A stretch of DNA of 64,000 nucleotides from Botryllus schlosseri. Taxonomy: Eukaryota. The notes under the pieces are model-generated. The model was given only the letters and a program-made list of their open reading frames with translations, was not told the origin of the DNA and searched no databases. Position 1 is the stretch's first letter. Each line of letters opens with the position of its first letter. Below are positions 1 through 12,107 of this stretch, one piece after another. A program made the translations under genes and the position numbers. The DNA lies in NCBI GenBank assembly GCA_051294905.1, contig CM119371.1, positions 6,326,001 to 6,390,000 of the forward strand, written 5' to 3'.

Positions 1-1152
1 CTTTTCACCTTATATGTCAACGACATTTTTGAAACCTCCTCATTGAACACCACACTGTTCGCTGATGATACTCACCTCCTCTCTTCCGCATCTTCGACGG
101 CAGAGCTGGATGCCCTGACTGGTGACCAAATGCCCAAAGTCCATGAGTGGACGGCCCAGAACAACCTTTGCATAAACGCGTCGAAATCGCAATTGCTGAC
201 AGTGAATTCAAAAAATAACCTAACCGTTAATATCGCTGGTCAGCCCGTTTCCAACACAGATAATGCCAAATATCTCGGGGTTTTACTGGACTCGAACATG
301 TCCTGGAAGAGTCATACTCAGTCCCTAGAAACTAAATTATCACCGAAGTGCGGCCTGTTCTACAGCCTTAGGCGCTTCATGCCAGCATGGGTTCTTCTGA
401 TACTCTTTAAATCCTTAATCCAATCGAAGTTACACTATGGCATCCTCTGTTGGGGGGCTGCCAGTAAAACTGCACTCAAGCCACTGCAAAAACTACAACA
501 TAAAGTACTCCGAATCATAGCTAGGGCCCCAAAGGGGCCTGGCTGCCCATCCAACAAGTCGCTGCTGAAGAGATTCGGCGTCCTAAACATAGACGATATG
601 CGGAAACTAGAAATCGCCAAGTTTATGTATCAGTTCCACTGCGGTCGTTGCCCCGAATATTTCAATGACTTCTTTACCTCGGAATCAAAAGCGCACAAGT
701 ACAACACACGCGCGTCCACGTCGTCAAAATATCATATGATCGACCGAAAAGATCATCGCTCTATCAAATATGCCGGACCTGATGTGTGGAACAGTATCCC
801 GCCGGCCATCCGACAGTCGACGAGCATGTCCACATTCAAGTCGAAATACAAGCAATTACTACTAAGTAAATACAGTCCATCCTCAAGATTACCGGACCTC
901 GGCTGACCTATCGATCTCGCTTCCCATGACATGCCGCCCTATTTCTTGTCGCTTTCTTTTTTCTATACTATCTTCTTTACTTTCATTCAGTGTGCATGCC
1001 TCTTTACATCGCCTAGGCCAAGGTGGGTGTCAGATTCCATAGACTACTCCTTGTCGCTTCGACATCTTCCTGTCTTTTCATTGTATCGCATTTTTTGTGG
1101 TGTATTGAACTGATAAAATTGCTAATAAACCAATGATGATGATGATGATGAT
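1..1152 (+). mobile_element. 3' part of a CR1/L2-group LINE: RT C-terminal ORF (open from window edge to 906), 3' UTR and (ATG)n tail
   Basis: Translation shows LYVND, LFADDT, AKYLGVLLDSNMSWKSH, LHYGILCWG and WNSIP motifs. AATAAA at 1124-1129 is followed by (ATG)n at 1133-1152. Confidence 0.9.
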
Positions 1153-2624
1153 CATATTACTCTACACATCTATCAATATCACACTGCGAGTCGTCAAACT
1201 TTTTGTTTAAAGTAACATTTCACTTCTGGAATCTGGTTCGTTATAGACATACAAATTGTAGTGAACTCAACATCAAAACAAAAGAACTTTTTAGTTGAAT
1301 CAAATCAAATCATTCGTCTCCGACTTGTGCTTTTTTAGATTGCACGCGACAATTCGTTTCGAATGAGTTGTAACCAAAGTTAAGATATCTTTGTTTCCAC
1401 GGGTATAGCGGATGAATCAAGGTAACACAACCACGAATCGACGTTTCTGAGTATTTCACGGATGTAATAAACTTGTTAGTGTCGCCTATCTAAAAGTAGG
1501 CATATGCGTTCGATTTCCAGACCGGCTGTTGCGCTGTTTAGGATTCACTTACAATAACCAAGTGTGAGGATTTAACATCAATGTCGTCACTGTCGGAATT
1601 TGCAACAGACAATTGAAACATTACACAGTGTGAAAATATATCTTTGATATCAAAGCACTATCCCAAGCACACGATTAATTCACAACTCCGTTCACACTTT
1701 CTATAGAACGTACTAAATGTAAAATATCGCGAGGTTACACTCTAAGACTTTGTGATCATTACAAAAGTAAATTGGGATATGTTTGCTAGACGCACCCAAT
1801 TAACTAGAAGTGTCTAGTGCACTACACTCGTAATATCAAGGAAGTACTCGCTACACTGTAATTTGCTAAACGTGTTTTGTATTGTTGTTCATAGTATTGA
1901 TTAAAATTGTTTTTGAACCCTCAAATAATAATTCCCGACATGAAACCAAGCCGCTGAAAGTCGTTACCATTACAAAAAAAAATGTGTACTATGTTTGCCA
2001 AATGTGTCCTATAGTTAGGCGTACTGGAATTATTTGTGTAACACATACACCGACAAAGAAATCGGAAATTTTTCCGTTGTCATTCGCCAAAGTAAATGCC
2101 ACAGTGGTTATTATGATCGCTCGCATGCGGCTATTGGTTCTTATGGGCGCGGCGGTGATTCGCCTGGAAACTCGTGGTGGTGACTCGCCTTTTTAGACCC
2201 CCCTCTCGGTGGTGAGTCGCCATGTGTTCTGATGACGTCAAACACATATAAATATGAAAAACGAATAACCGACCTGTAAAAGAGCTACGAAATATTGGAG
2301 ATGGAATCTGAATTTCAAATGACGGCGGTTTGAGTAAGAGATTGCAATGCGGAGGGATACCGACCCCAAAAACCTTCTCTGCGTCACTGTTGGTAGTGAT
2401 GACTCTGATCTAGCAATGACATCACACAACACACAACGGAACACCGATATCACGATTCACGACAAACGACGACATGTGTTTTCTAGTTGTTCGACAAATA
2501 ATTTTCCATTGACATGCGCAACCAAAACTTTTCAAAATCCTTCAATAGAACTAGAGCTACTCGAAAATAAGTAGTTGGTTGACCGCGCACCAACATAATT
2601 GGTAGTTCGTACAAGTCTGTTGCG

Positions 2625-2984
2625 GTGCGGTCGCAACCCATACTTAAACACTTCGTGATAGATACTTCAAAAACCGCTGCTTGGTCGTTTGTCCGCATGG
2701 ATCAGATGCAGCAATCCTACGTTAGTTCTTGCCGTGACTGTTTCAACGACTGCACGACGGTACGTACAGTGTACAACGACATAGGCCTATGTGCCTCTTC
2801 CACATGTATTGATCGTATAAGTTACTGCAACGAGTTGAATGGAGTCTCGCAGATGTTGACCAGAGATACAAAGCAGGATAGCGAGAGATATGTAGTAAAA
2901 TACGATCAATGTCCAAGAGAATCACGGGGCACAGGAAGCATCGAAACAAAGTATCACTGTACTAATGCGTTTCGGCGATGTTAA
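2625..2984 (+). pseudogene. Possible highly diverged polo-box remnant
   Basis: QPILKHF...FNDCTTVRTVYND...LCASSTCIDR loosely resembles PLK1 polo-box motifs (FNDSTRLILYND, LCPLMAAVTYID). The upstream segment at ~2385-2570 also recurs before the clear PLK exon at 34870. Confidence 0.3.
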
Positions 2985-3760
2985 ACAGTGCCAGTCATAA
3001 AGTCTCATTTTTGCCGACTGGGTTAGGTGTAAAGCTAGGCAAAATAAGTACGTCTTTCTTGGAGTGAGAAACTGCACCGGTACGGTATTTAGTACAATGC
3101 TTCAACGTTGGCCATCATTCGAAAAGGTATTCTGCCTGCCGTTAAAGATATGTTGGCTGGCCGGATGATATGATAGAAGCTGAAAACAAGAATAAAATGC
3201 TATATGCACATTGCACACACAGTCCAAGACATTGCTGACAGCTATCTGTAGCTGCAATATACTTTGATTGGCAGTGGCATACAATAAATGAACACTTATT
3301 TCAACAAGCCAAATGTGGTGTATCGTAGTGATTTATTGATCTGCTATTGGCTTTTGGTGTTGGTAAGTTGCAGAGAGCTTTGTAGGGCTGGGCACAACAG
3401 CTGATTGATGGATGAAGTGATCACGATGATCAAATCGGAAAATCGGTGCAATAAAATATCCAGTCCCTTGATATCAAGCATGGGTTGTGTATCAGTGGTA
3501 GTTTTTCATCAGATCTTGTAATCTCCCTGTCAATCATTACACGGCCCGTGTCGTTATCGTTGGACATATCTTGTGTTCTAATTTAAACATTTGAATTATT
3601 GTGGTTGCAAGAGCCAATATATACACATATTCGAATATCATTATTTTTTTGTTATTGCAAATGCCATACATCATTGTATTGCCTACTAGGTCCGTACATG
3701 GCGGAGGTCTCCGAACAACTTGTCCATATTTCACAATAAATTTTTTCGTGGCTGTGATGT

Positions 3761-3865
3761 AGGCCTAATACGCATCGTATCCGACTTCACTAGCGACCTC
3801 GCTAGCGAAGGAGTGGAGCAAAGAAAGAAACAAAGTCGCTAGTGAATTTCGGTGCAGTGTGGCCT
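3761..3865. mobile_element. ~105-bp MITE, possibly Harbinger-derived
   Basis: AGGCC...GGCCT ends with an internal inverted pair TTCACTAGCGAC / GTCGCTAGTGAA. Confidence 0.45.
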
Positions 3866-4200
3866 ACTCATGATACTCGGTTCCGAATCGAATCGTCCGG
3901 ATGCTCGATTTTGCCGAGCCCTAGTTAAATGCTTTCACTTGAGATTCTATTCAGAATTAACATTTCGTCACATTCATGGTTATTGGCATTAGCACCAGGA
4001 TGAATATATAACATTTACAGTGACCAATTCGACAACATTCTTTTCCGCATATACGACATTGATGATTTTTAAAACCTGCCCCGAAGATTATTGAACCATG
4101 TTCAGACTTATACATTTCACCTGTCGACACATTGTCTTATAGTTCTCATTTCTTGATCTTTTTATGTTATACTCTGCTGTACTTTCAACTCAGTATATAC

Positions 4201-4987
4201 CAGATGTCTCAAACCATGGCCTACTAAAAATAGTTTGTTTTTAGTAGGCCATGCTCAAACTCAAATGAGTTCGCGGGCCAATTTCCTTGATTTTGATGGC
4301 GCCGCGGGCCGCAGCACCAATAATAGCGGTAATCAATGTATTGGCGAATAGGCGCTTCTTAACGGTACGTTGAAGAGTGGCATTTGATACACATCGTGAA
4401 AATTTGATTTACTATTTTGAATTCACGCCCAGCACGAAAAATTACATGGTTAAATATTTCAGTAAAATTGTTGTTGTTATACATTGCATTGTGTGTCAAA
4501 ATAATTAGTTATAGACACCATGTGATCGTATAAATGCATCACGACATCGTAAAAGCTGTCGCGGGGCCTACGATAGTATCCCGATATCTAGACTGGTTGT
4601 ATACCAACTATTTATTTGATTGTAACGTTTGACCCGACTCAACTTGAGTCACTTTTTATTTTATCACCAATTCAGTCCGAGTTCGAATTGGCTCGAAAAG
4701 GTTATGCTCAAGTCCAAATATCTAATTTCAGTCCCAAATCATCAGCAGGTCAAGTTTTACCATCATAAACAGGTAATGTGACGTAATATCTGATCTTCCA
4801 CTGCGGGCTAACTTTTGAGAGGGAGACGATAGTGACGTGCAATGAATAATTTTCGGTTTTTAGAGCGAATTTGAAGTTCTCAAATCGAAAAAAAGATATA
4901 TACGGTTGAATATTGTCGAATACTTCAAAATCCAAAATGCCGACGCGGGCCGCATGCGGCCCGCGGGCCTCGTGTTTGAGACCTCTG
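4201..4987. mobile_element. hAT (Charlie-like) MITE
   Basis: TIRs CAGATGTCTCAAAC / GTTTGAGACCTCTG, GCGGGCC subterminal motifs, and imperfect 8-bp flanks GTATATAC / GTATACTC. Confidence 0.75.
4215..4253. mobile_element. 39-bp palindromic micro-element with 7-bp TSD
   Basis: CATGGCCTACTAAAAA-tagtttg-TTTTTAGTAGGCCATG flanked by CTCAAAC on both sides (4208-4214 and 4254-4260). Confidence 0.75.
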
Positions 4988-5025
4988 GTATACTCTGTAC
5001 CTAGTGTACAATGTACAATGTACAT

Positions 5026-5423
5026 TAGGGTTGTTCAAAAAAAACTTTTTTTTCCAAATCTCACTCGCCTAATGACTAAATCGTCAGGTTGTCTAAGAAA
5101 ACGATGCACACCAAATTTGACTCAATTCCAACATGTAGAGGCCGTGCAATCTTGAATTGAAATTTTTAATTTATTATTAAAAATTAAAAAAAAAAAATTT
5201 CAAATTTTTCTGTCAACCCCATGAAATTGTTGAGCTGTCTTCAGAGACGAAGCAAAACAAATTTGAGTCAATTCCGACTTGTAGAAGCGGAGTTACTCGA
5301 GTTTTTCATTGATAATTCTCGGATTATCCTTGATCCGGGGACTAACCTGGCAACCTGACAACCTGACGATTTAGTCACTAGGCGAGTGAGATTTGGAAAA
5401 AAAAGTTTTTTTGAACAACCCTA
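5026..5423. mobile_element. hAT-type MITE with ~60-bp TIRs
   Basis: TAGGGTTGTTCAAAAAAAAC... / ...GTTTTTTTGAACAACCCTA with perfect 8-bp TSD ATGTACAT. Related partial copies at ~39300-39507 and ~48434-48690. Confidence 0.9.
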
Positions 5424-5655
5424 ATGTACATGTTCGAGACCAAGGTTTGATCGCAAGAATACACCAATCTACTTCGACGCTTTCCCCTCTTTCAATTCTG
5501 TCACAACCATCTGAAATTATTAATCCACGGAACCGGACATTTTAATCGGAATGACACTTGAGACAATTGTTAGGACTAAATGTATTTGCCAGGATTGCGC
5601 AAATATATATACCAGCATGCAGCGCCGTATGGAGCCTGTGTTATGTATACCCGAC

Positions 5656-6168
5656 TAGGGCTGGACACAATGATTCGAGTACTCGAATCTGAATCGAGTA
5701 TTAATTTTAATGATTCGAGTCGAGTAGTGAAAGGCATTTTTTTTCGAGTGTTGTTATTATACGCTCTTCGTCACTGAAACTTAATTTATCAACGAGAATT
5801 ATAGTTTCGATAGTAATTTTCACTCTTGAAGCCTTGAAACCTTTATTTTTCGCATAGTAGCATACGAAAAATATAGTATAAAGCTACGAATGTTACTGGA
5901 AATAGAACATATCCGAAGTCAGAGTCATCCCACAATATTGTCACGAAGTGAAATGAAATCGGTATGGTCGAAAAAATAGTAAAGTATCTTTAATGTGAAG
6001 GATAACAGGCATCATATTCTTTGTGGTGGCATAAAAGGTACATATTTGAACGTTAACAAATTATATTTTGTTATGACGTCATAATGAGTGATACTCGATT
6101 ATTCTACTCGACGCATATTACGTGATTCAGAATCGAATCACTCAGGTACTCGATTTCGCCCAGTCCTT
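5656..6168. mobile_element. hAT-type MITE, TAGGGCTGG family (GAATC/GAGTA-rich ends)
   Basis: Perfect 8-bp TSD TACCCGAC. Family members or fragments at ~3383-3923, 25337-26044, ~26915-27821, ~35480-35943, ~40520-40830 and ~56660-56760. Confidence 0.85.
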
Positions 6169-6244
6169 TACCCGACTAAATAAATTTTCGCACTACCTCA
6201 TTTTAATTATTGACATCAACATATATCAACAATATTTCCTACAT

Positions 6245-6584
6245 CATTTTTGACGTCTGTGCGAATATCTATATAATTTTTGAGGTCATCTTTTTGAGTA
6301 AATGATTTCACACAGATGTCGCATTCGTGGTTTCTGATGTCAGCATGCATATCCATATGGCGTTTGAGACTTCCTTTTCTAGTAAATGATTTCCAACATT
6401 TGCCACATTTATGAGTTTAGACGACAGCATATACGTTCATATAATACTTGAGACTACTAATCCAACCGAATGCCTCCCCACATATACCACATTCATGCTT
6501 TTCGATGCCAGCATGCGTATCGATATGATGCTTGAGACCTTCCTTTCTCGTAAATGATTTCCCACATATGTCACTTTTACGAGT
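6245..6584 (-). pseudogene. Four additional in-frame C2H2 finger units downstream of the stop codon, with a second TAA
   Basis: Reading on past the TAA gives TRKSDICGKSFTRKEGLKHHIDTHAGIEKHECGICGEAFGWISSLKYYMNVYAVV*THKCGKCWKSFTRKGSLKRHMDMHADIRNHECDICVKSFTQKDDLKNYIDIR. The second TAA is at 6417-6419. Confidence 0.85.
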
Positions 6585-8480
6585 TTAGACGACAGCATGT
6601 ATGTTCATATGATGCTTGAGACTACTCTTCCAGGCGAATGCCTTCCCGCATATAGCACATTCATGATTTTTGATGCCAGCATGCGTATCGATATGATGCT
6701 TGAGACTACTTTTCCGATTAAATGCTTTCCAACATATTTCGCAATTATGACTTCTGATGCCAATATGCATATCCATATGACGCATGAGGCTGGCCTTTCC
6801 AGTAACTGCTATCCCACATACATTGCAGCCATGACTTTTAATGCCAACATGCCTATCTATATGAAGCTTGAGGCTAGCCTTCTCAGTAAATGCCTTCCCA
6901 CATAATTCACATTTATGATTTTTGATTCCAGCATGCATATCCATATGAACGTTGAGGCTACTTTTCCAAATGAATGCTCTCCCACATATTTCACATCCAT
7001 GATTTTTGATTTCAGAATGAATATCCATATGAAGACTGAGGCTATACTTCAAAATGAATGCTTTCCCACATACGTCACATTTATGATTTTTGATTCCAAC
7101 ATGGATATCCATATGAAGCTTGAGATGACCTTTCTTAATGAATGCCTTCCCACACACATGACATGCATGATTTTTGATTCCAGCATGCGTATCCATATGA
7201 AACTTGAGGCTAACTTTGTGAATAAATGCTTTCCCACATATTGCACATTCATGATTTTCGACGCCAGCATGCCAATCCATATGACGCTTGAGGTTACTTG
7301 AATGATTAAATGCTTTCCAACATATTTCACAATTCTGACTTTTAATGCCATCATGCATATCCATATGAACCTTGAGGTGACCTTTCTGAATGAATTCTTT
7401 CCCACATACTTCACATTCATGATTTCTGATGCCAGCATGTATATCCATATGATGCTTCAGATCTCCTTTCCTAGTGAATGCTTTTCCACATACTTCACAT
7501 TTTTGATTTTCGACGCCAGTATGGATGTCCATGTGACGCTTGAAGTTACCCTTCAAGGTAAATGCTTTGCCACATACATCACATTCATGATTATTGATTC
7601 CAGGATGCGTATCCATATGACACTTGAGGTAACTCTTCCTAGTATATGCTTCTCCACATATATCGCATGTATAATTTTTATCGCTAGCATGGATATCCTT
7701 ATGACGCATGAGGTTGCCCGTCCTCGCAAATACTTTACCACATATATCACAAACGTGATTTTTGATGCCAGCATGCGAATCCATATGATTCTTGAGATCC
7801 TCTTTCCTAATGAATGCTTTTCCACATACTTCACATATTTGATTTTTGACGCCAGTATGGATATCTTTATGACGCTTGAGGCTACCTTTCCCAGTAAATG
7901 CTTTCCCACATACATCACATTCATGATTTTTGATTCCAGCATGCACATCCATATGACGCTTGAGGCTAACTTTCTGAGTGAATGCTTTCTGACATACATC
8001 ACATTCATGATTTTTGACGCCAGCATGCGTATCCATATGACGCTTGAGGATACCTTTCTTAGTAAATGCTTTCCCGCATACATCACATTTATAATTGGTG
8101 ATGCCAGCATGCATATCCATATGACGCTTGAAATGGTTTTTCTGAATAAATGCTTTCCCACATACATCGCATTCATGATTTTTTATTCCAGCATGCATAT
8201 CCATATGATGCTTGAGATTCCTCTTCCCTGTGAATGTTTTCCCACATACTTCACAGTTATGATTACCGACGCCAGCGTGCATATCTGTATGAATCTTGAG
8301 GTAAGACCTCTTAGCAAATGTTTTCCCACAAGTATCACCTGTATAATTTTTACGGCTAGCATGTATATCCTTATGACGCTTGAGGTCACCCTTTCCGGTA
8401 AATGCTTTGCCACAAATATCACAATTGTGGTTTTTGATGCCAGCATGTACATCACCGCGAAGTTTCATGCTACACTTCAT
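6585..8480 (-). CDS. Tandem C2H2 zinc-finger protein, 22 fingers in an 84-bp repeat array; true start uncertain
   Basis: 631-aa ORF of CxxCGKxF-x5-LxxHxxxH units every 28 aa with HAGIKN-type linkers. Finger 2 lacks its first Cys. A degenerate finger preceded by TGA overlaps the start Met. Confidence 0.9.
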   Translation of the reverse strand: MKCSMKLRGDVHAGIKNHNCDICGKAFTGKGDLKRHKDIHASRKNYTGDTCGKTFAKRSYLKIHTDMHAGVGNHNCEVCGKTFTGKRNLKHHMDMHAGIKNHECDVCGKAFIQKNHFKRHMDMHAGITNYKCDVCGKAFTKKGILKRHMDTHAGVKNHECDVCQKAFTQKVSLKRHMDVHAGIKNHECDVCGKAFTGKGSLKRHKDIHTGVKNQICEVCGKAFIRKEDLKNHMDSHAGIKNHVCDICGKVFARTGNLMRHKDIHASDKNYTCDICGEAYTRKSYLKCHMDTHPGINNHECDVCGKAFTLKGNFKRHMDIHTGVENQKCEVCGKAFTRKGDLKHHMDIHAGIRNHECEVCGKEFIQKGHLKVHMDMHDGIKSQNCEICWKAFNHSSNLKRHMDWHAGVENHECAICGKAFIHKVSLKFHMDTHAGIKNHACHVCGKAFIKKGHLKLHMDIHVGIKNHKCDVCGKAFILKYSLSLHMDIHSEIKNHGCEICGRAFIWKSSLNVHMDMHAGIKNHKCELCGKAFTEKASLKLHIDRHVGIKSHGCNVCGIAVTGKASLMRHMDMHIGIRSHNCEICWKAFNRKSSLKHHIDTHAGIKNHECAICGKAFAWKSSLKHHMNIHAVV

Positions 8481-8917
8481 TGTAAATGCTTTCCCTCCTA
8501 TATCACAGTTATTATTTTTGATTCAAGATCAGAGGATAGAGAATAATGTTTCGAGAAGTCTCTGCCTCAAAAATATCGCATCAGCACGACATCCTCCGTT
8601 TTGTGAGAATGAACTTCACAGCGCCACAGAACTCTTTTCTTTATGGCAGTAGAGGTAACACCAAAGATGACGTCTTTCAACAGATTTTCATCATTTAAGC
8701 AAATAAACCGTAGCTCAATTATATATTGTGGTATTAATCTAAACAATAAGCACCATTAGATTGTAGACAGAGCAATCGCTATTTCGGGATATTGTAAGAA
8801 ATACCAAAATATCAATAACATGAAAACGACTGGAGCAATGATTGTCTAAATACCATTATGAGGTGGCGAGGCGGAGCCTAGGTAAACCTCCAACACTTAG
8901 CTATCGGAATTATGAAG

Positions 8918-8990
8918 TCGACCTCGGTCGGAATCGAACCCACGCCCATTGGTGTTGCAGCCGCGGATTATACCACTGCGCTATCTCGGG
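8918..8990 (-). mobile_element. tRNA-derived SINE head (Pol III A/B boxes)
   Basis: Minus strand reads CCCGAGATAGCGCAGTGGTAT...GGGTTCGATTCCGACCGAGG. No well-paired anticodon stem, so not called a tRNA gene; 3' extent unclear. Confidence 0.6.
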
Positions 8991-9776
8991 TAGAAAGTGT
9001 CTGTTCTTACTAAGTAGCTTGCCAAGAATGGAGAAAGAACGTTCAACAGCAGCAGTTGTTAGCTGACAACACTGAAGTTGTGTGCACACTGCTTGCTGGT
9101 GATGCACCGTGTTGCTTCATTCTGACAATGTTGTCTATATCAATGGTTCTCAACCTTTTTCACCTCGCGGACCGGTAAAATTAAAAAAAAATGTCTAGCG
9201 GAACGGTGAACTTTCAAAATTGAAATGAAGCCAAAATGTACAGTATGCAACCGTTTTTTGCATTATATGGTGCTAGAGAGTGACATTTAGAGGGTTTTGA
9301 TCTAATTATATTCATGATTGCATCTATGTGCTTTTATGGTAGTGAGTCTGCCGAGTCGAGGTAAAATTGTCCTGTTCAGATAAACGTGCTTCCGCCGAGA
9401 GTCATTTACAGTCTTTCGCGCCGAAGGCCGTGGATTTAACCGACCACGCCAACTCTAATAATATTCTTCTCTTTGACAATATCGAGAGATGAAACGTATC
9501 GGAGTCAAACCAAGGACCTTGTCAAGCTACCTTGCTCATTGTCCACTGCCACCAGACGCAGGCTACTTTGGCAACTACGAATGCAATGCTTGCCGCAAAA
9601 AAACACATTACGGCAGCTATACCGGCCATCGGCAAATCCGGGCCGAAAAAAACACTTCGTCAGCCCACTCCTGAAAAGATTGGTATTCAGGCCCCCACAG
9701 GTCGATAAGCCAAACTTCCGGAGGCTTCGCCCCCTGACCCTACAGTTGGGTGGATGTTTTCACCTGTACTTGTGAG

Positions 9777-11239
9777 CAATGTTACCTCTAAGCTGCGCAC
9801 GTGCGCAAATGCGCAGTGCTGAAACGGTCTCTGCGCACAGAAAATCCAGGCTGCGCACAAAAAATCCGAAGTGATGACTTTTTTTTTTAATCGTTGCGCA
9901 CTCTTGTCCAAAGCACTGCGCAGGCGCTCAGACTCGAGAAAAATGAGAGGGAACATTGCCAGGGGTACATAATGATATCGCTGAAGTCTGAAACCGAGGT
10001 AGGCCTACAAGAGCGGCCCGAAAAGGCAAATATTGCGCTCGGCGAAGCAATGAGAATTTGCAATCGTGTGCGACTCAAGAAAGAGATTTTTCTTTTATTA
10101 TGGTATCGTACGCGTGAGCGATACTGATATCATATCAATAGCGCAATCCTTTGTGGGAATGGCGAAATAACATGGTTTAACAAAGTTATAAATAACAATG
10201 GGCTAGCTCGAAGTTAACTGCGAGAAACTAACGAATAGTCTTCTCCGCGTGGCATGAATATTGTGTAAGATTTACTGTACAATTACATGCCGCGAATTTT
10301 CGAAGTCATCACTTCCATCAGGCGAATCTGATCACGTATGGTGATATAGGATAATATGCAGAATATGCAAGTACAAGCACCAATATTGTTGAAAAAATCC
10401 ATCCCTTGGCAAACATTGATCGGAAATGCAGCAATTATATGCACTGTGCACTTCGTGCCTTCAGCTTCTCAGCAGCACAATTTTGTGATTTTATTCGATT
10501 CGTTTGAACGGGTATCGTCTGTCGATAAGGTCATACGCTGATCTTGTTCTTGCTTCAATCAGACATGAATATTCGTGTCATTATATATTCGTATATTATA
10601 TCTTGATAGTAATGAGTGCATTGTCGGTATTAAGACGTCACATCAGTGTTTTAACGCGATAGGCCTACATCGATGGCATGTCTTGATTTCAAGTGCGTTC
10701 TCGTGCGTGTATGTCTGTCTTCTAGTAATCCATAGTATGTCACCATATCGTCGCAGTGGAATCAAAGTGACTTATGTCTAGATTTAAATATCTTTTGGCA
10801 TAGCAGATAGGAGGTCACGAAATAGCAAGATGTAAGGAAGTCATAACAACGGGTACGCCCGAAGATGTTTAATTATATTTAGGGGTCCTACCTTTTCTCA
10901 CTCGATCAGCTTTACCTGTAAATGTGATTACGTGAGCAGGGACAGGATTAAAATTGATAGCATTATATGCAATTCCCGATGATATTGACCGATTTGATCA
11001 TGAATAATAGAAAATTTTCGCGCTTCGCGCGTCTAGTCGGAACACCACTAAACGAAGACCAGGCATAGATGATTAGTAGCGGTGAAAAGCGCGTAGCCTG
11101 AGGGGGGTCTTGGGGGCGAAGCCCCCCATAAGTTCGGTTTATTATCCTATGGGGGGCCTGGTTGCGCACTGTTGTTCAAGGGCCTGCGCAGTGAGTTGGC
11201 GTATTTGCGCAGACTCGTGAAAAATTAGAGGGAACATTG
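9777..11239. mobile_element. Composite non-autonomous hAT-type element with one left end and two right ends
   Basis: CAATGTTACCTCTAA at 9777. GAGGGAACATTG ends at both 9958 and 11239. Perfect TSD CTTGTGAG flanks the outer ends only. Confidence 0.85.
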
Positions 11240-12107
11240 CTTGTGAGCACATCTATTCTACTCAGCCTAAGCAGAGAGTTTACGTATATAGCTTAATCGC
11301 GCCAATAGCGAAAATTTTCGATCATTCACGACTGAAGGGGTTTTCTCGCGGCCGAATTTTTGGCCCACTGTTCGGAGTCCCATGTTAACCTAAATTTCCT
11401 TATGTGTTAGTACGTCATGGCGCGGTAATGGCTGACGCCGAAATGCATATAAATCATGCGTATGCCAAATGAGAAGTAGAAAATACGCTGGCGGGCCGAG
11501 TGAAATTTTTTAGCTATATTCTCCAGCGTATTTTAATTATATTTCTAAATTACATTGTTAATAAATCCGGATCAGTGAATGTGTTGATGTTAGGTAATAA
11601 GAAAGTGGCGAGTGATTAATAAAATATTTATTTGCCGTCATAATTCGAAACAATGTTAAACATGATACATTTTAACTCTTTTTAAACCCTTATCCACGTT
11701 CTTCTATTAGGACACTAGAACAGTGCTTCTCAAACTTATTTTAGGCACGCCCCGCTTCATGATAGTGAAAATTTTCGCGCCCAACCCCCAGTTCGACAAC
11801 CACTGCACTGAAATGTATATGGGGTAGTACAAAGCTTGACTTGGTCGCTGCATTACGAGCACTGCGCAACTCAAATAGCCTTGATGTTGGGCGAAATTTG
11901 CAGTTTTTCTAAAATTCGCCCGCCCTTAACCGAGTGTTTCGTGTTTTTGTCATAATTGAAATCCTTAATCGCGGCGACATGCTCGGCAAAAACTAAAGGG
12001 GCGGATTCACCCCTAACTGCAGTATACAAATATTTAGTGCTCTAAACCTTCTTTGAATTTCAGCTTTCGACTTTCTCTTTTTGACATGCATGCTCATCCT
12101 ATATGGG

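Noticed and set aside
6245..8520. Regular repeat with variable segments, superficially CRISPR-like
   Set aside because: The period is 28 codons of C2H2 fingers; no repeat-spacer structure, no cas genes, eukaryotic context.
6597..8546. Long plus-strand ORFs (102, 128 and 414 aa) and alternate-frame minus ORFs over the zinc-finger array
   Set aside because: Shadow frames of the 84-bp repeat; no independent protein signature.
8918..8990. tRNA gene
   Set aside because: A and B boxes are present but there is no proper anticodon stem or cloverleaf; treated as a SINE head. The same applies to 47115-47187.
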